From NCBI GenBank assembly GCA_047495785.1, contig JBLDXI010000003.1, forward strand, positions 3,596,001 to 3,660,000: a DNA stretch of 64,000 nucleotides. The letters are read 5' to 3'. The first letter of the stretch is position 1; each line of letters begins with the position of its first letter. The stretch comes from Lepidodermella squamata. Its lineage: Eukaryota > Animalia > Gastrotricha. The notes beneath the pieces were generated by a model. That model was not told where the DNA came from. It worked only from the letters and a program-made list of their open reading frames with translations, and ran no database searches. Made by a program: the position numbers and the translations under genes. Below, one piece after another: positions 50,659 through 63,401 of the stretch.

Positions 50659-53600
50659 ATGCCGAAACAACTTCTGCAATTTTTAATATTCATTGCCGGC
50701 CTGAGTGTAGTTTCAACATGCTCGAATACCGGCCAATACCAACCAGCCTTGTCCTTCCAAGGACCTGCAAACATACCAACTCTTTGGGAGTATTATCCCC
50801 CCGTTGACTTGGTGACCGCATCTAAGCCGTCGGATGCGATAAGGCTAGTGTCTCAGGTAGCAAATCAAGACGGCGCGATGTGGGCAAGAGACGTATGCAC
50901 TTCGGAAGCCTTATTTTACGATGTGAGCTTCACTTCCTATCTTTTAGCCTTTCAAATTGGATGACTTCTACGTCGAGTTGACATTTTCTATGACAAACTT
51001 TACTGGAGACCCTGCTGGCTTTGCGATAATTTTGTCGAACCAGAATGGCATTGTGCGAACTCCAAGCGGCACATTGAGTAAATCTGACTACATGAAGGAC
51101 TATGGTGTATCCAGGCATGATCACATCGGTTTGTGTAACACCGGTTTTGAGTTCATTTTGATGCTTAAATTTCTGAGTTAGGCTTCACGGTGGGAATAGA
51201 CACCCCAAGCAGCGCAAGATATGTCAGGGCTAACATCATTCGAGACGAAGCAAACGCCTCAAAGTGGTGGGATAACTGCAACCCTCCAACAAAAGTCGAC
51301 TATTGCTATGCAACAACGCAAGGATTTATCGACACGTACCTCAAAACTAAGGCGACAATAAAACTGCGAGTTCAGCAGCGCAATTTCACCGTTGACTTTT
51401 GCATTTTTAACACGACAAACTGCGCGAGAACGCTGTCGAACATCAACATTGTTGAGTCGCTACAAACCTCTTTCGCATCGGCGCAGATGTCGCTCGGGGT
51501 GATCGCCACAAATCCTTCAGATGGCAGCGTCAACTTGGACATATTTAAGGTCGATACATGGGATTGCGGAACTGTGCCTGTACCTTCGCCTGTCAGTCCG
51601 ACGGAGCTGTCCTGTCCTAGCGGAACATTTCGCCAAGAGTGGTCTTACACCTCTTCAGCAGATCTGTCGCGATGGGACTATTACCCTCCTTTCGACTTGA
51701 ACAGCACTGGAGTGACTCCGGGCAACGTTCGGCTTCTTTCGTCTGTTGCAGGTCAAAACGGTGGAATTTGGTCGATAGCGGTTAACATTCAGACAAGCTT
51801 TAAAGAGTTAGCAGTTGAGAGATTCTCATTACAGGCACTGACGGCAGTCACTGATATTTATGTCGAATTCAGCATGGATTTGCAAGGAAATTGCACAGAA
51901 TACGTAGGTTCGGATTTAGGTTATTGGCCGTTCGGCTTCCAGTTCGTGGTTTCTAATCAAAATGGCATAATTCGACCGCCCGGCGGAACACATCCCCGCT
52001 ACGCATCCGGATACGATTTCGGCATTGACAGGAGTCAACACACAGGTATAGTCATTCTTGTCATTTTTGCTGTTCACAGTGATTTCCGTATCTTTCAGGC
52101 ATAACTCAGTTTTTCCAAGCTTACAGGACAAATGGAATAATGGGTGCAATTTACCCAACACCGGATGATAGCAAATGGTGGAACAACGGTTGCACAGGTA
52201 CCTCCCCGCAAGACTGGTGCTCGCCGCGTTTCATGAGTCAACTTGTTCTCAGTTCTTACATCATGGGCAGATCGACTTGGCAAGTGCGAATTACGAACCA
52301 ATCGCTGTCGATAAACGCTTGCAATTTCGACAGCACATATTGCGTGGACTTTCTGAGAAATATAAATATGAGCACTTCGTTGAAGAGCTTAGCTGGAACC
52401 GGCAATTACTACCTCGGAATAACTGCAAGTAACCGCGGAAGTGACATATCAAACCCAATAACCGCAGAAGTACGCTCAGTAAGTTTCTACGACTGCACCA
52501 TGCCTTCAAACGCCACAACAACAACTAAGGGCTCTACTTCGCTTTCAACTTCAACGGTAACGCCAGGCATTACATCTACTGCAATAACTACAACCCGAAG
52601 TTCAAGTTCAAGTTCGTCATCGTCAGCAAGCACAACGCCATCGTCAAAGACATCTACCCCCACGCTGACGATATCTCAACTTGCTCGTGCGAGCTCAACT
52701 CTTGCACAAGAAGTAAATCTCTGAATCAGCTATGAAAATGTCATTGACTAGTCAACCTCTGTTACTATTTTCCAGGATTCAACTACCACAATTGTTACAT
52801 CAACCGTCGGAGACACTGCAAAAATTGAACACGAAAATCCCATCATGCTTTTCAGCTCGGATGAACTAGGTTAGATTCCATTGTCTCGAAGAATTAATAT
52901 CAAGGCGGTATATAAAATTACTGTCATTTTCAAGATTTACAAGCGTTTGCCAAATCAGTTGGTGACATCGGCGCGTCATCTAAACAAATTTTCGACCAGC
53001 TAATGGTCATGTTCCTCGGAAGAGGGCTACCATTCGCGAACATAACTGCAAAACAGTTGGCTGATGAATGCAAAGACTTCCTCCCAATACGGGCTGTTCC
53101 GCCGACTTCGGACTCATCTCCTCTCGTCATTCGACCAGCATTTGGCTTGCAAAAGCTACTTGACGTTGATGTTGTCCAGGAAACTTGTTCTGTGTCTGGT
53201 ACTGTATTGCTCACATGGACAGTCGATACCTGCCCGGCTGATAGTGAGGATATTTTCACAGAACGTCCCTACGAGCAGCTGTACGTTGCTAAATCCTCCG
53301 AAATTTGGACGCCAACGTTCCGATTTGTCAATGGTGCTGAGGGCAGTGTTTACATGCAATACTCGGATGAGTTCGGCGAAGACCTTATCGCTGTCACTTC
53401 AAAGTCTGATCTGTCTCCCAATCGAACGGTCCAATTTTTCTGGCTGAAAGAGGGAAAGTTTACAGCTGCCTGCAACATGGAACTACATAATTACCCATTT
53501 GACAAACAAACCTGCATTTTAGCCTTCTCTCTCAATCACGGGGAGGAATTAATGGAATTTGACAACCCAATTTTCGTGCTGCAGGATAATGACGATCAGG

Positions 53601-54136
53601 ACAGATGGCAGTTTGTCGGGCATGGTTACAACATATCGACAATCAGCTACAAAGGAACGAAATCTAGCGCTGTATTCTACGTAGTGTCAATGGTTCGCAA
53701 CCCTTCGTATTTCGTCTACAACCTTATAGTGCCTAACGCTGTGCTATTTATCGTCGAGATTGCCTCATTCGCCATCCCGCCAACTGACCCTGACCGCCCA
53801 GCGTTTTCAATGGCTGTTTTGCTGGCGATGGGCGTCGCGCAATCGACAGTCTCCAACAACGTAGCTAAAACCTCCCAGCGAATTCTGCTAGTTGACTACG
53901 TCTTTTCAATGTTCTGGCTAGCTGGTTGCTGTACTGTATATCAATTGGTAGCCTGCTGTTACGAAAGGCTATGGCGACAGGTAGACGAAAAATTGGGATA
54001 CCCCGGCTTGCCTGCAGCTTTCGTCAGAAACGGCGGTCTCATCAGAATTTTCGATCTCATCGTTCTCGGACTGTGTCTTCTCGCTGGCGTTATAGTTCAC
54101 TGTTTCATCATTGATGTTTACCGCAAATCTGCGTAG
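50659..54136 (+). CDS. Lectin-like domain/Cys-loop ligand-gated ion channel fusion 2 (~1044 aa); exons 50659-50892, 50948-51128, 51182-51780, 51835-52045, 52099-52712, 52776-52869, 52935-54136
   Basis: Tandem paralog with identical intron positions and phases; Cys-loop CNMELHNYPFDKQTC; four TM helices. Confidence 0.84.
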
Positions 54137-57100
54137 AAAATGAAAGCGTGGCAAGCTTTATTTTGGATACGTGAAAGCTGCATTTGCTATCTACGGGTGA
54201 AATCAGAATTTCGAAAATTCATCACCTCCACAGACATTGTTTCTGCTGTGGCTTCTTATTAAGCGGTGTGGCTCCTAAATTAGCTTTCATAAAGCTTTTA
54301 AAAAATCGAAAAAATTGATGTCTGTGTAATGTGCCTTGCTCTCCCCGAATCGTGGTTTTGTAACCAAGTGACCGATGTTTCTGCAAATGAAAAGGAACGG
54401 GGCTTCGAAATTTTAACATGACGCGATGGCTCAGGATCCTTAAATATAAACCAGCATGGCCTCGAAATATGATAATATAAATCGGTGTGAAGTCTTGAGA
54501 GACGCATTGATAATTCAAGGAAGGATCTCTTCAGAGGTGTGAAAATTGATTTTATTCACAACAAATGTAGCGACCCCTCGGCGTCCAGCATGCTGTGATG
54601 CAAATTTTGCGGTCACTTTGTTTTTACTGCGGGTATGCTTAATAAATGATAGAACAAAGCAAGCCGCTTATGTTGCGGAGTCAAGTGTACCAAACTCGTC
54701 TGAATTAAGCTGGCCGCTCCCGTTGTTCAAGATCTAAATGCTGCGGTTAATTACAGAGTGGCGTTTTGTTGCGCGCAAATATTGTACAGTTGTCCCTAGC
54801 GCGCAGGAGTGACAATAATACATAATAGCATTAACTTTTCACAAAACAAACGGAGCGCGCGCGGGAAGAAACGATGAACGAACGTGTGTTTTATAATTCA
54901 CTCATACTCGCTCCGGCGTTGTTTCATTACTATGTGTCTTATTAACTGCCGACAGCGTCACGCCTTTGCGGCTACTCGAGTGCTTTCTCACTGCCACCAA
55001 GCGATGCCTTAATTTAATATGACAGCATTTATCTGTCACGTGCCTGTAACTCCTTAAAAATTTCCATGTCTCGCACTTTCTCGCCGATTTTTTTGTTCGC
55101 GGATTTTCTCTCCTTTTCAAGTTTTTCGGTTTTTAAGGCGGATTTTTTTCAATTTTTATCGATTTTCTACAAGAATTGTTTTTTCACTCCTTGCTGTAGC
55201 AGACTTTCCACATTAATCAAAAGCGCTGATTATGTTTAGTTTAACCTGCATAAACGCGCTTGAGTATACGAAATTCCGGGATGAAGTGAGGTTATAGCTT
55301 ATCACCTTAAGGCGAATGCAAACACTCCCGCGCTTATAGCCAACACATGACACTGTGTTTTACTCAGTCGAGTAAATAAAATCAAGATGTTCGCCTCGCC
55401 CAGGGTGGTCTATAGATATCTGCAAACTGGCCGCGGCAGACAGCTAGTCTATATTTTAGAATGCGCTGCATTATTACGCGCGCGCGAATCGAACACGTGT
55501 TCGAATAATAATCATCGATGGATATCTCGTAATAGGGAAATGGCCTCTTTAGCTTTCACAGATTATTATTTGCTTTGATTAACCTTCTTTCAACCATGGC
55601 CTCGTGGTGAATTTCTTCATCATTTGTATTGTCTTGAGATTCTAATTATTTCTTGCTGGCGGCGCGCGGCGGCAACACGATATCAATACAACAGCTCATC
55701 GATGAACACCCGTGAGTTATTCTAGGATGCAATAAAGATCAACCCCTCGAGACATTCGAGACTTTTTTTCTACCCTAAACGCATTTTGATATCATGAAGC
55801 AAACACGCAAAACAGCGATCGCCACATCGCTGCAGTATTTATTTTATACGAGAAAATAATTGGCGTCGTCTTAATGAAAGGTGTCATAAAAGCCACGCAA
55901 ATTAATTCCCCTATCACTCATTATTATTTTTGTTGATTTATGATTCGAGCCAAATTTTTTTGTTTATACCGAAAATATTTCTAGGAAATTAAAATCATAT
56001 TATTATATTTTCTGACCCGAATTATTTCATGCGTAATAACATAATGATTCATTTGTCATTGCGCTAGACTAGAAGTGGATTGGCAAATAGCGCTCGTGGA
56101 AATCGCGACTAAATATAATAATAGTAATATCGTATCAATGGCGCGGCGACAAATTATCAACTCATCTCATCTTCACTGGTGTTGTTATTATATATATTGG
56201 CGCACTAGTAATAATGCGATGATATTTTTGCGCGCTCATCATCAACAGAAGCGCGCCGCTTTTGTGTAGCGCGGATCTGTTACTGTGGCGGCTTGTTGAG
56301 ATGAAGAACGCGCGATGACCAGCAATGATGATGATGGTGATGCGCCCAACGAGGCGAGCGGCCTTTCATAACGCGCCTGAGGCGTCGCGCTCGCAATATA
56401 GTAGGAAATAATAATATTATCATTATTGTCATTTCTCTTTACAGCCGATATTATATTTATTGCGGCTTGACTCGTCTTTTATGCAACATATTTTGACGGC
56501 CAAGGGTCACTATGCGCTTGCTATTGCGCCTAATTACCATTACGTAGGGTGATTAATATATTGCCGAAAGCTAATTGATAAGGTCAGTTTTGTGTCACCC
56601 TACTCGACAAAGCTATAAACAATCGATAATGCACGCGTTTAAGGCTGCTGAGGCGAAAAAATCCAACCGATAACGTTTTGACACATATGTCCGCTTTGTT
56701 ATCAAAATGATCCATTTATACGACAACAGGTGTTTTTAGGAAAATTCTCACATCTACCGCATCTCGCCGATGGCCTCGTTATCCACACCCTTTTAGCGGC
56801 TTTCTTGCACCCGCTGATCAACTTTTTGTTACATTTTACGGCGAGCCGTGTTTGTCAACGTGATCACGGACTGCTAATAGCACCGGTTGACGTTTTTTCC
56901 CATTCCCATGGTAATCTGTTAGGTATAAAATGTAAGAGACGTGACACACCTCGAACACGAAACAAATTCATTTTAGGAGTTCACCATTTTCGCGCCTGGC
57001 CGGCCAGGTGAAAAATTATGCATAATATTTCAGTCGCGTGGCTTCGCTAGAAAACATGAGTAACTTGTTTTTCTCCAGCTCTTATAGTTGTCCTCTAAAA

Positions 57101-57461
57101 AGCAGTTTAAATTCACGTTTTGCGATACCTATATATATATCGAATTTCTTAACTGTGTATATAAAATTACGCGAGCTCATCCTTCGTTTTTACATGCCGA
57201 AATTTCTACCCGCAATAAAGTGGCTTAAATTGACTGGAAAAATCTATACGATATGCGATATAGGCTAGATTTTCCTGTTATTGCGTCGTTTTTCCTGGCT
57301 TCACTGCATATCCGCTGCTCGCTTTGCCAATAATAATATATATAGCATCGCATCGCAGATGACTCTCAGATTTTTTAAATCCTTACTCAGTGCGCAGTGA
57401 TAGCTATATTTGTTGTCCACCTCAAAAAAAAATCGTTTTTATCTCTGTCCTTATTATAGAA

Positions 57462-60454
57462 ATGGTTAGAAATTTGAGTATCTTCGGATTGCTGGCCTGC
57501 GTGGCTTCGGCCTACGCCGCACTCACCCGTGCTCCGGGTACCACCTACTATGTTGGTACCGGTATCGGGGATATTACTGGTCCTGCTGCTGAAATTAACA
57601 TGGTAATTAATTTTGAATTGTTTTAAATATTTTTTATATTTTTCTTAATTTTTTTTAGATGGGCTATGCTAACCCTGCTCAGACGACTAAGGGTGTCCAC
57701 TTGCGCGTCTTCGCTCGCGCGTTCATTTTCGCCGAGAGCGCAACTTCGCCCAACCGTTTCGTGTTCGTCTCCGGCGATATGGGCATGATGTCGCAGCTGG
57801 TCAAGCTCGACGTTATGACCGAGCTGAAGAAGCTGTACGGCGATATGTACACGGCTAACAACGTCATCCTGTCGGGCACGCACACCCACTCGGGCGCTGC
57901 CGGGTTCTTCCAGTACTTCATTTTCGAGGTCACCTCGCTCGGCTTCGTCAAGGAAGCGCACGAGCAGTTTGTTAACGGCATTGTTGCGGCTATTCGTCAG
58001 GCGCATAACAACATGAAGCCGGCGAATATCTACCTGAACAGCGGCCAGCTGCAGAACACGCAGATCAACCGCAGCCCGACGGCTTACATGATGAACCCGC
58101 CGGCTGAGCGAGCCCTCTACCCGTCTGATACCGACTACGGCATGCACCTGCTTCGCATCAACGACGACAAGGGCAATCCTATGGGCATGATCAAGTAAGG
58201 AATTAATCCTAAAATACTAAAATCCAGGACATCAATTGGTTCAAATTCAAACAATTGAAATTTGAAATTTCATAGAATCAAATTAAAAAAAATTCCTTTC
58301 ATTACTACGTAAATCTTTTGATGGGTAAATTCGAAGCTTTTTGCATAGAAAGGTTGGGGAATAGCAATTTTCAGATTTCGAACCTAGGCAAATTCAGTCC
58401 TTTTCAATGTTTCAATTTACGAAGGTCCCGGTAAAAAACCCCCAAAAAAACCAAAGGGCCAGATAAATTTGGGACTGAAAATACCCAAGCGTACCCCTTA
58501 CCTCAAGGATCCTACTTAATCCACTGCAATCTTTAATTAATTTCGGAAAGTTATATTAAGGAGGAATTTTTCTAAATATTTTCATTACTAAAATTTGGGT
58601 TCCATCACTTTGCCGTCCATGAATTTCCCATTCTATGAGACTTGGAATTTTTTTTCAGTACTTGCACCTTCAGGATTTTTTAATATAGCTACCCTGTCCC
58701 ATCAGTCAGGTAGAGACATTTTCAAGGTTGACCACCAAAATTTCTGAAATCGAAAAATTCACTGATTTGTTAAATCGATACTTGGAATCGATATCGGCTC
58801 TGTGGGCCGAAGGCCGAAGTATAACTCGTAAACTATCCGCTCATAGCTCATAACTCAAATTACGAAAAATCGTGAGATATATTGGTTGGACATATTAGAT
58901 TCTAGACTAAACAGACTAAAATTTTCGGGAATCTAGGGCAGGAGCATCAAATTTAGTCCTGGAAGTTTAGAATGTTTTTGAAGTTTAAGTTGGAAGTTTA
59001 GAATTTTTCAAATTTTTGTAATTTTTTTAACATTTTATTTAAATTTTAATATTCGCTCTACATTTTTATTTGCCATCTTTTAGCTGGTACCCAGTTCACG
59101 GTGTGTCGATGAATAACACCAACCGTCTCATCTCTGGTGATAACAAGGGCTATGCCGCGCAAATGTTCGAACGCACCATGAACCCTGGCGTTCTCGCTGG
59201 CAAGAACTCGTTCGTCGCCGCTTTCGCCCAATCCTTCGAGGGTGACGTTTCGCCCAACACCGCCGGCCCTCGCTGCATCGACACCGGCCTGCCTTGCGAC
59301 CTTGAAACCTCAACCTGCAACGGCAAGCCAACCAACTGCATCGCCTTCGGCCCGGGCAAGGACATGACCGAAAGCACGAAAATCATCGGTGAGAACCAGT
59401 TCAAGAAGGCCCTCGAGCTGTTCAACGCCGCTAATGACAACGGCCTCTCTGGCAAAATTGCCGTCGTTCATAAGTACGTCGACATGAGCAATGTCACCGT
59501 TGACCTGGGTAACGGTCAAACTGGTCGCACTTGCATCCCAGCCCTTGGCTACTCCTTCGCCGCTGGTACCACCGATGGACCCGGCCTTTTCGCCTTCTCG
59601 CAGGGTACTGACTCCGGTAACCCGTTCTGGGACGCTGTTCGCAACATTTTGAAGCCGCCAACCCCTGATATGACCAAGTGCCACTATCCTAAGCCGATTT
59701 TGCTCACCACCGGCCTTATGGACTGGCCCTACCCGTGGCACCCGACCATTATCGATTGCCAGATGGCTAAGATCGGCCAGCTGGTCATTGTCGCTGTCCC
59801 TGGTGAATTCACGTAAGTATCCTCATATGTCTCAATTTTAATGAAAAATCAAAATTAAATTAAAAAATTAAAATTAAAATTAAAATACCTTTTGAAATTT
59901 TGAATGGAAATTAAAATTGAAATTAAAATATTGAAATTTTAAATTGGAATTGAAATTTAAATATTGAAATTTTAAGAAAAACAGAATTTTCGAAATTCTT
60001 AACTTTAGAATAAATTTTTCAAATTAAATTAAAATTTTCAATTTTTTTTCAATTTGGTTTAAAATGAAATTGTTGCTTTCAATAGAACCATGTCTGGTCG
60101 TCGTATGGTCAAGGCCATTACCAAGGTGTTCGCTGATGCTGGCGAAACCGTTGAAGTTGTCATCGCCGGTCTGTCCAACGTCTACACCCACTACATCACC
60201 ACCCCCGAGGAGTACCAGCGCCAGCGCTACGAGGGCGCCTCCAACATTTACGGCCCCCAGTCGCTGCCCGCCTACATTCAGATCTTCACCGAGCTCGCCA
60301 AGGCTATCATCACCGGAACCCCAGTCCCCGAGGGCCCGCAACCGCCTTACCTCAAGTCGGTTCAGTGGTCTCTCGTCCCGGGTGTCATCTACGACGGATC
60401 TGGCACCAAGAAGTACGGTGATGTCACCCAAGCCCCGGCCGCCAGCTACAAGCC
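57462..60454 (+). CDS. ASAH2: Neutral ceramidase, 3' end disrupted in this sequence; exons 57462-57602, 57659-58194, 59084-59812, 60086-60454
   Basis: GIGDITGPAAEINMMGYA, SGTHTHSG, INRSP, WYPVHGVSMNNTN, GDVSPN, GYSFAAGTTDGPG, VPGEFTTMSGRR, YITTPEEYQ.QRYEGAS motifs. Confidence 0.93.
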
Positions 60455-60929
60455 ACACATCTCGTGAGAGTGGATCGTCGAGTCGCGGTCCCACCAGAAG
60501 CGGGTCTCCCACTCGGCATCGGTGAACACCGTGGTCCAGCCGGCCTCAGTCGCGGGGATGACCTTCTTGGTGCCGAAGCCGAACAAGCGGCGGAATTTAC
60601 CAGTCAAACCCTCATCCTCATCTTCACGCTTGGTCGACATCATATCGACGTGCATGAATGCGTCCCAGTTGGGCTGGCCCAGCGAGTTGCGCGGGTTGGC
60701 TCCGACGAATTTGACAGTGACAACATCACCCGGCTTGTAGCTGGCGGCCGGGGCTTGGGTGACATCACCGTACTTCTTGGTGCCAGATCCGTCGTAGATG
60801 ACACCCGGGACGAGAGACCACTGAACCGACTTGAGGTAAGGCGGTTGCGGGCCCTCGGGGACTGGGGTTCCGGTGATGATAGCCTTGGCGAGCTCGGTGA
60901 AGATCTGAATGTAGGCGGGCAGCGACTGG
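60455..60929 (-). other. Inverted segment: 198-bp duplicate of 60257-60454 plus the next 277 bp of ceramidase coding sequence
   Basis: 60732-60929 is the reverse complement of 60257-60454. The minus strand continues ..YKPGDVVTVKFVGANPRN..DAEWETRFWW. Confidence 0.9.
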
Positions 60930-61356
60930 TGTGCTGAAGAGCTTTCTAATACCTGAAATTTAAATGAAATTTAAACACATTTCTTGTTGACGTTTTTTTC
61001 AGTTTCAAAAAAATTATGACAAGTTCATTTTTGTTGTGACTATAAAATGGCGACTTTTACTGAAGAATTTTTCCGATTTTTTTCGGAAATCACCGACTAT
61101 TGCGGCTATCATTATTATTTTTTCTTCTTCCACTATCATGTGAGAATCGATAAAATGGTTCATATTAATAATGATCTGCTCTCTGATGCTTGTTACTTGA
61201 TTTTAAACGAATTTTCCGACGACACTTTAAATTATGCAGGTGTGTTGTTGAAATTCGTGCCTATGACGGAAAGAAATTATTGTGAATTAACGACGACGAC
61301 ATCAAAATAAATAAATACATTTGGAACTTGATCATGTGTTTCGGGTTTTTTTAAAA

Positions 61357-61504
61357 GATTGAGAAAGGTGAACTTTGATTGAAGCCAGAACGAAGAATCC
61401 CAGGTTCCAAGTGGATTAGCGATTCCTATATCGATTTCCGTAGTAGAGGATTGGTTGGACCTGGGATTCGTTCTGGCTTCAATCAAAATTCACCTTTCTC
61501 AATC
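61357..61504. repeat. Long imperfect hairpin (~50-bp arms, ~45-nt loop)
   Basis: GATTGAGAAAGGTGAACTTTGATTGAAGCCAGAACGAAGAATCCCAGGTTCCAA pairs with 61455-61504 (1 mismatch, 2 small indels). Confidence 0.8.
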
Positions 61505-61871
61505 GAATTCGCCAGTGGATAGGCGTTCAGTCTTCTTCCTGAGGGCAATGCTTGGAACCGGTCCCAAGGCCGGAACCAGCTAGACTCCAATGAAAGAAAA
61601 TTGGCGCTTCTGGTTGGTTAGTCTTCTTCAAAAGTTTCTGTGCAGTCTAAATGGTTTTGTCAAAGATATCCACCGTAAAAAAGTGGATTCGCGATTTTTA
61701 TTTTTTTTTAAAGAATTTGTGCGATGTTGTTTTAAACGTGACACTTGTCAACATGGTTATTTACAAAAAACACGCTTACGCAGGTTAATTAAACTCAAAT
61801 TAAAGCGAGTATTAGGGAAGGTGAAAAACAAGGCATTCACATTTTTGACCCCTCGCAAATTACATCATAAA

Positions 61872-62248
61872 ATGTCAATAGTATCCAGAGTTTTTCCAAT
61901 TTTTTCGAATCATTGGGGAATATTCTCATGTGGACTGGTGTCTTTCATCGTGGCCTACAGCAACGGAGTCCTCGGCTGCAGCTCTTTCACCCGCTACGAG
62001 CCGATCCATGCTAACTACATGATAATTAGAGTAAATTAATTACCATGAAAACTTGGGAAAATTGATTTTTGTCTCCCAAATAGACTAATAGTACCAACAA
62101 CGGCTCGAACGGGACAAATGGAACTAATGGAACGGTAATTTCGGGTGCTAATAATTGGCTAAACTCTCAGCAATCATCGCTGCAAACTATCATCTTATTT
62201 TTTGTGTCTATATTGATAAACAGTGTGATTTTAAGATTAACAAGATGA
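61872..62248 (+). CDS. Small secreted, probably GPI-anchored N-glycosylated peptide (~107 aa); exons 61872-62030, 62084-62248
   Basis: Hydrophobic N-terminal region, 53-nt GT-AG intron, TNSTNNGSNGTNGTNGT (5 sequons), hydrophobic C-terminal tail, AATAAA right after the stop. Confidence 0.6.
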
Positions 62249-62282
62249 AATAAATACAGCGTTTTATTCTCATCTGACTTCA

Positions 62283-63401
62283 TCATTTGAATAGCTCATC
62301 GGGCAAATCCTGGCGTTTCGGATAGCTCGTTTGCGTACCAGGTCGGCGAACTGAATCCGAAGCCACGCAACAGGCTCGTCTGACCCGTTCTTCATCAGCC
62401 ATGGCAGGGTACCGGGCTCGGAAAAACGCCAAGCCGCCAACAAAAGCATCGCCAGCTCCGGTTGTGTCGACAACCGGCGAAACCTTCGGCGCCGGGATGA
62501 TCTTGTCATTCAAATAAACACCCTTCGAGCCAAGGGTGAGTAGCACGTGACCGGAACAGCCGCGTGATTTCAGCTCCGAAACAGCTCCAGCTAGAACCTT
62601 CTCATCATTAACATCCAACAAATCGTGGCCGATGAAAGTAGCGGTTTCAGTCTCGTTAGGGCAGAAATAGTCGGCGAGGCTGTAGATTTGCGGCGGGAAT
62701 TTAGCCGGGTCAACCGGGGCGGGGGCCGGGTTGACAATTGTCACCGGTTTGCTACTTGCTGAGCTTTGCTTAGCAACTTGAAGTGCGTAGAGAACGATTT
62801 CAGGCTTCAACTCCAGCTGGACCACTACAACTTTAGCATTTTGAATGGCCTCTTTAGCTGCGTCGATATCAGCCTCGGAGACTTCAAAGTTAGCGCCAGG
62901 TATAATGATGATCGAATTGTCTCCTTTCTAAAAATTGCAAAAATCAAAAGAAAATAAACGAAAATTTGGAAAAAATTCATAAAAATTCATAAAAAATTTG
63001 TGAAGTTCAGGACTAATGATACTGATTTACTTGGTCTACGACGATGCTGGCCATTCCTGTATGAGCAGTCTGAGAAACCGTTACGTGTTTGGTATCGATC
63101 CCATCAGCCTGTAGAGCTTCGATGAAATTCTTGCCGAAATGGTCGGTGCCAACTTTTGAAACCATGGCGACCTTGGCACCAAGGCGAGCTGCAGCAACAG
63201 CCTGGTTGGCACCTTTCCCGCCTTGGCCACTCGCAAATCGGTTACCGATGACAGTTTCCCCGACCTTGGGGATAACGCTCGTATAGCTGGATTAAATTAT
63301 TTTAATTTTGAGATTGGGAAATAGTTTTAAAAATTTCAGTATAACCTGATCAAATCGACGTTACAACTGCCGATGACAACTACGTCAAAAATGTTGGCCA
63401 T
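62283..63401 (-). CDS. RBKS: Ribokinase (PfkB family); exons 63401-63346, 63286-63031, 62927-62283
   Basis: VVVIGSCNVDL, GGKGANQAVAAARLG, NPAPA, PNETE, TLGSKG, DTTGAGDAFVG. Confidence 0.93.

Noticed and set aside
54200-57400. Short ORFs in the long region upstream of ceramidase
   Set aside because: No motifs, codon bias or spliceable structure; treated as non-coding.
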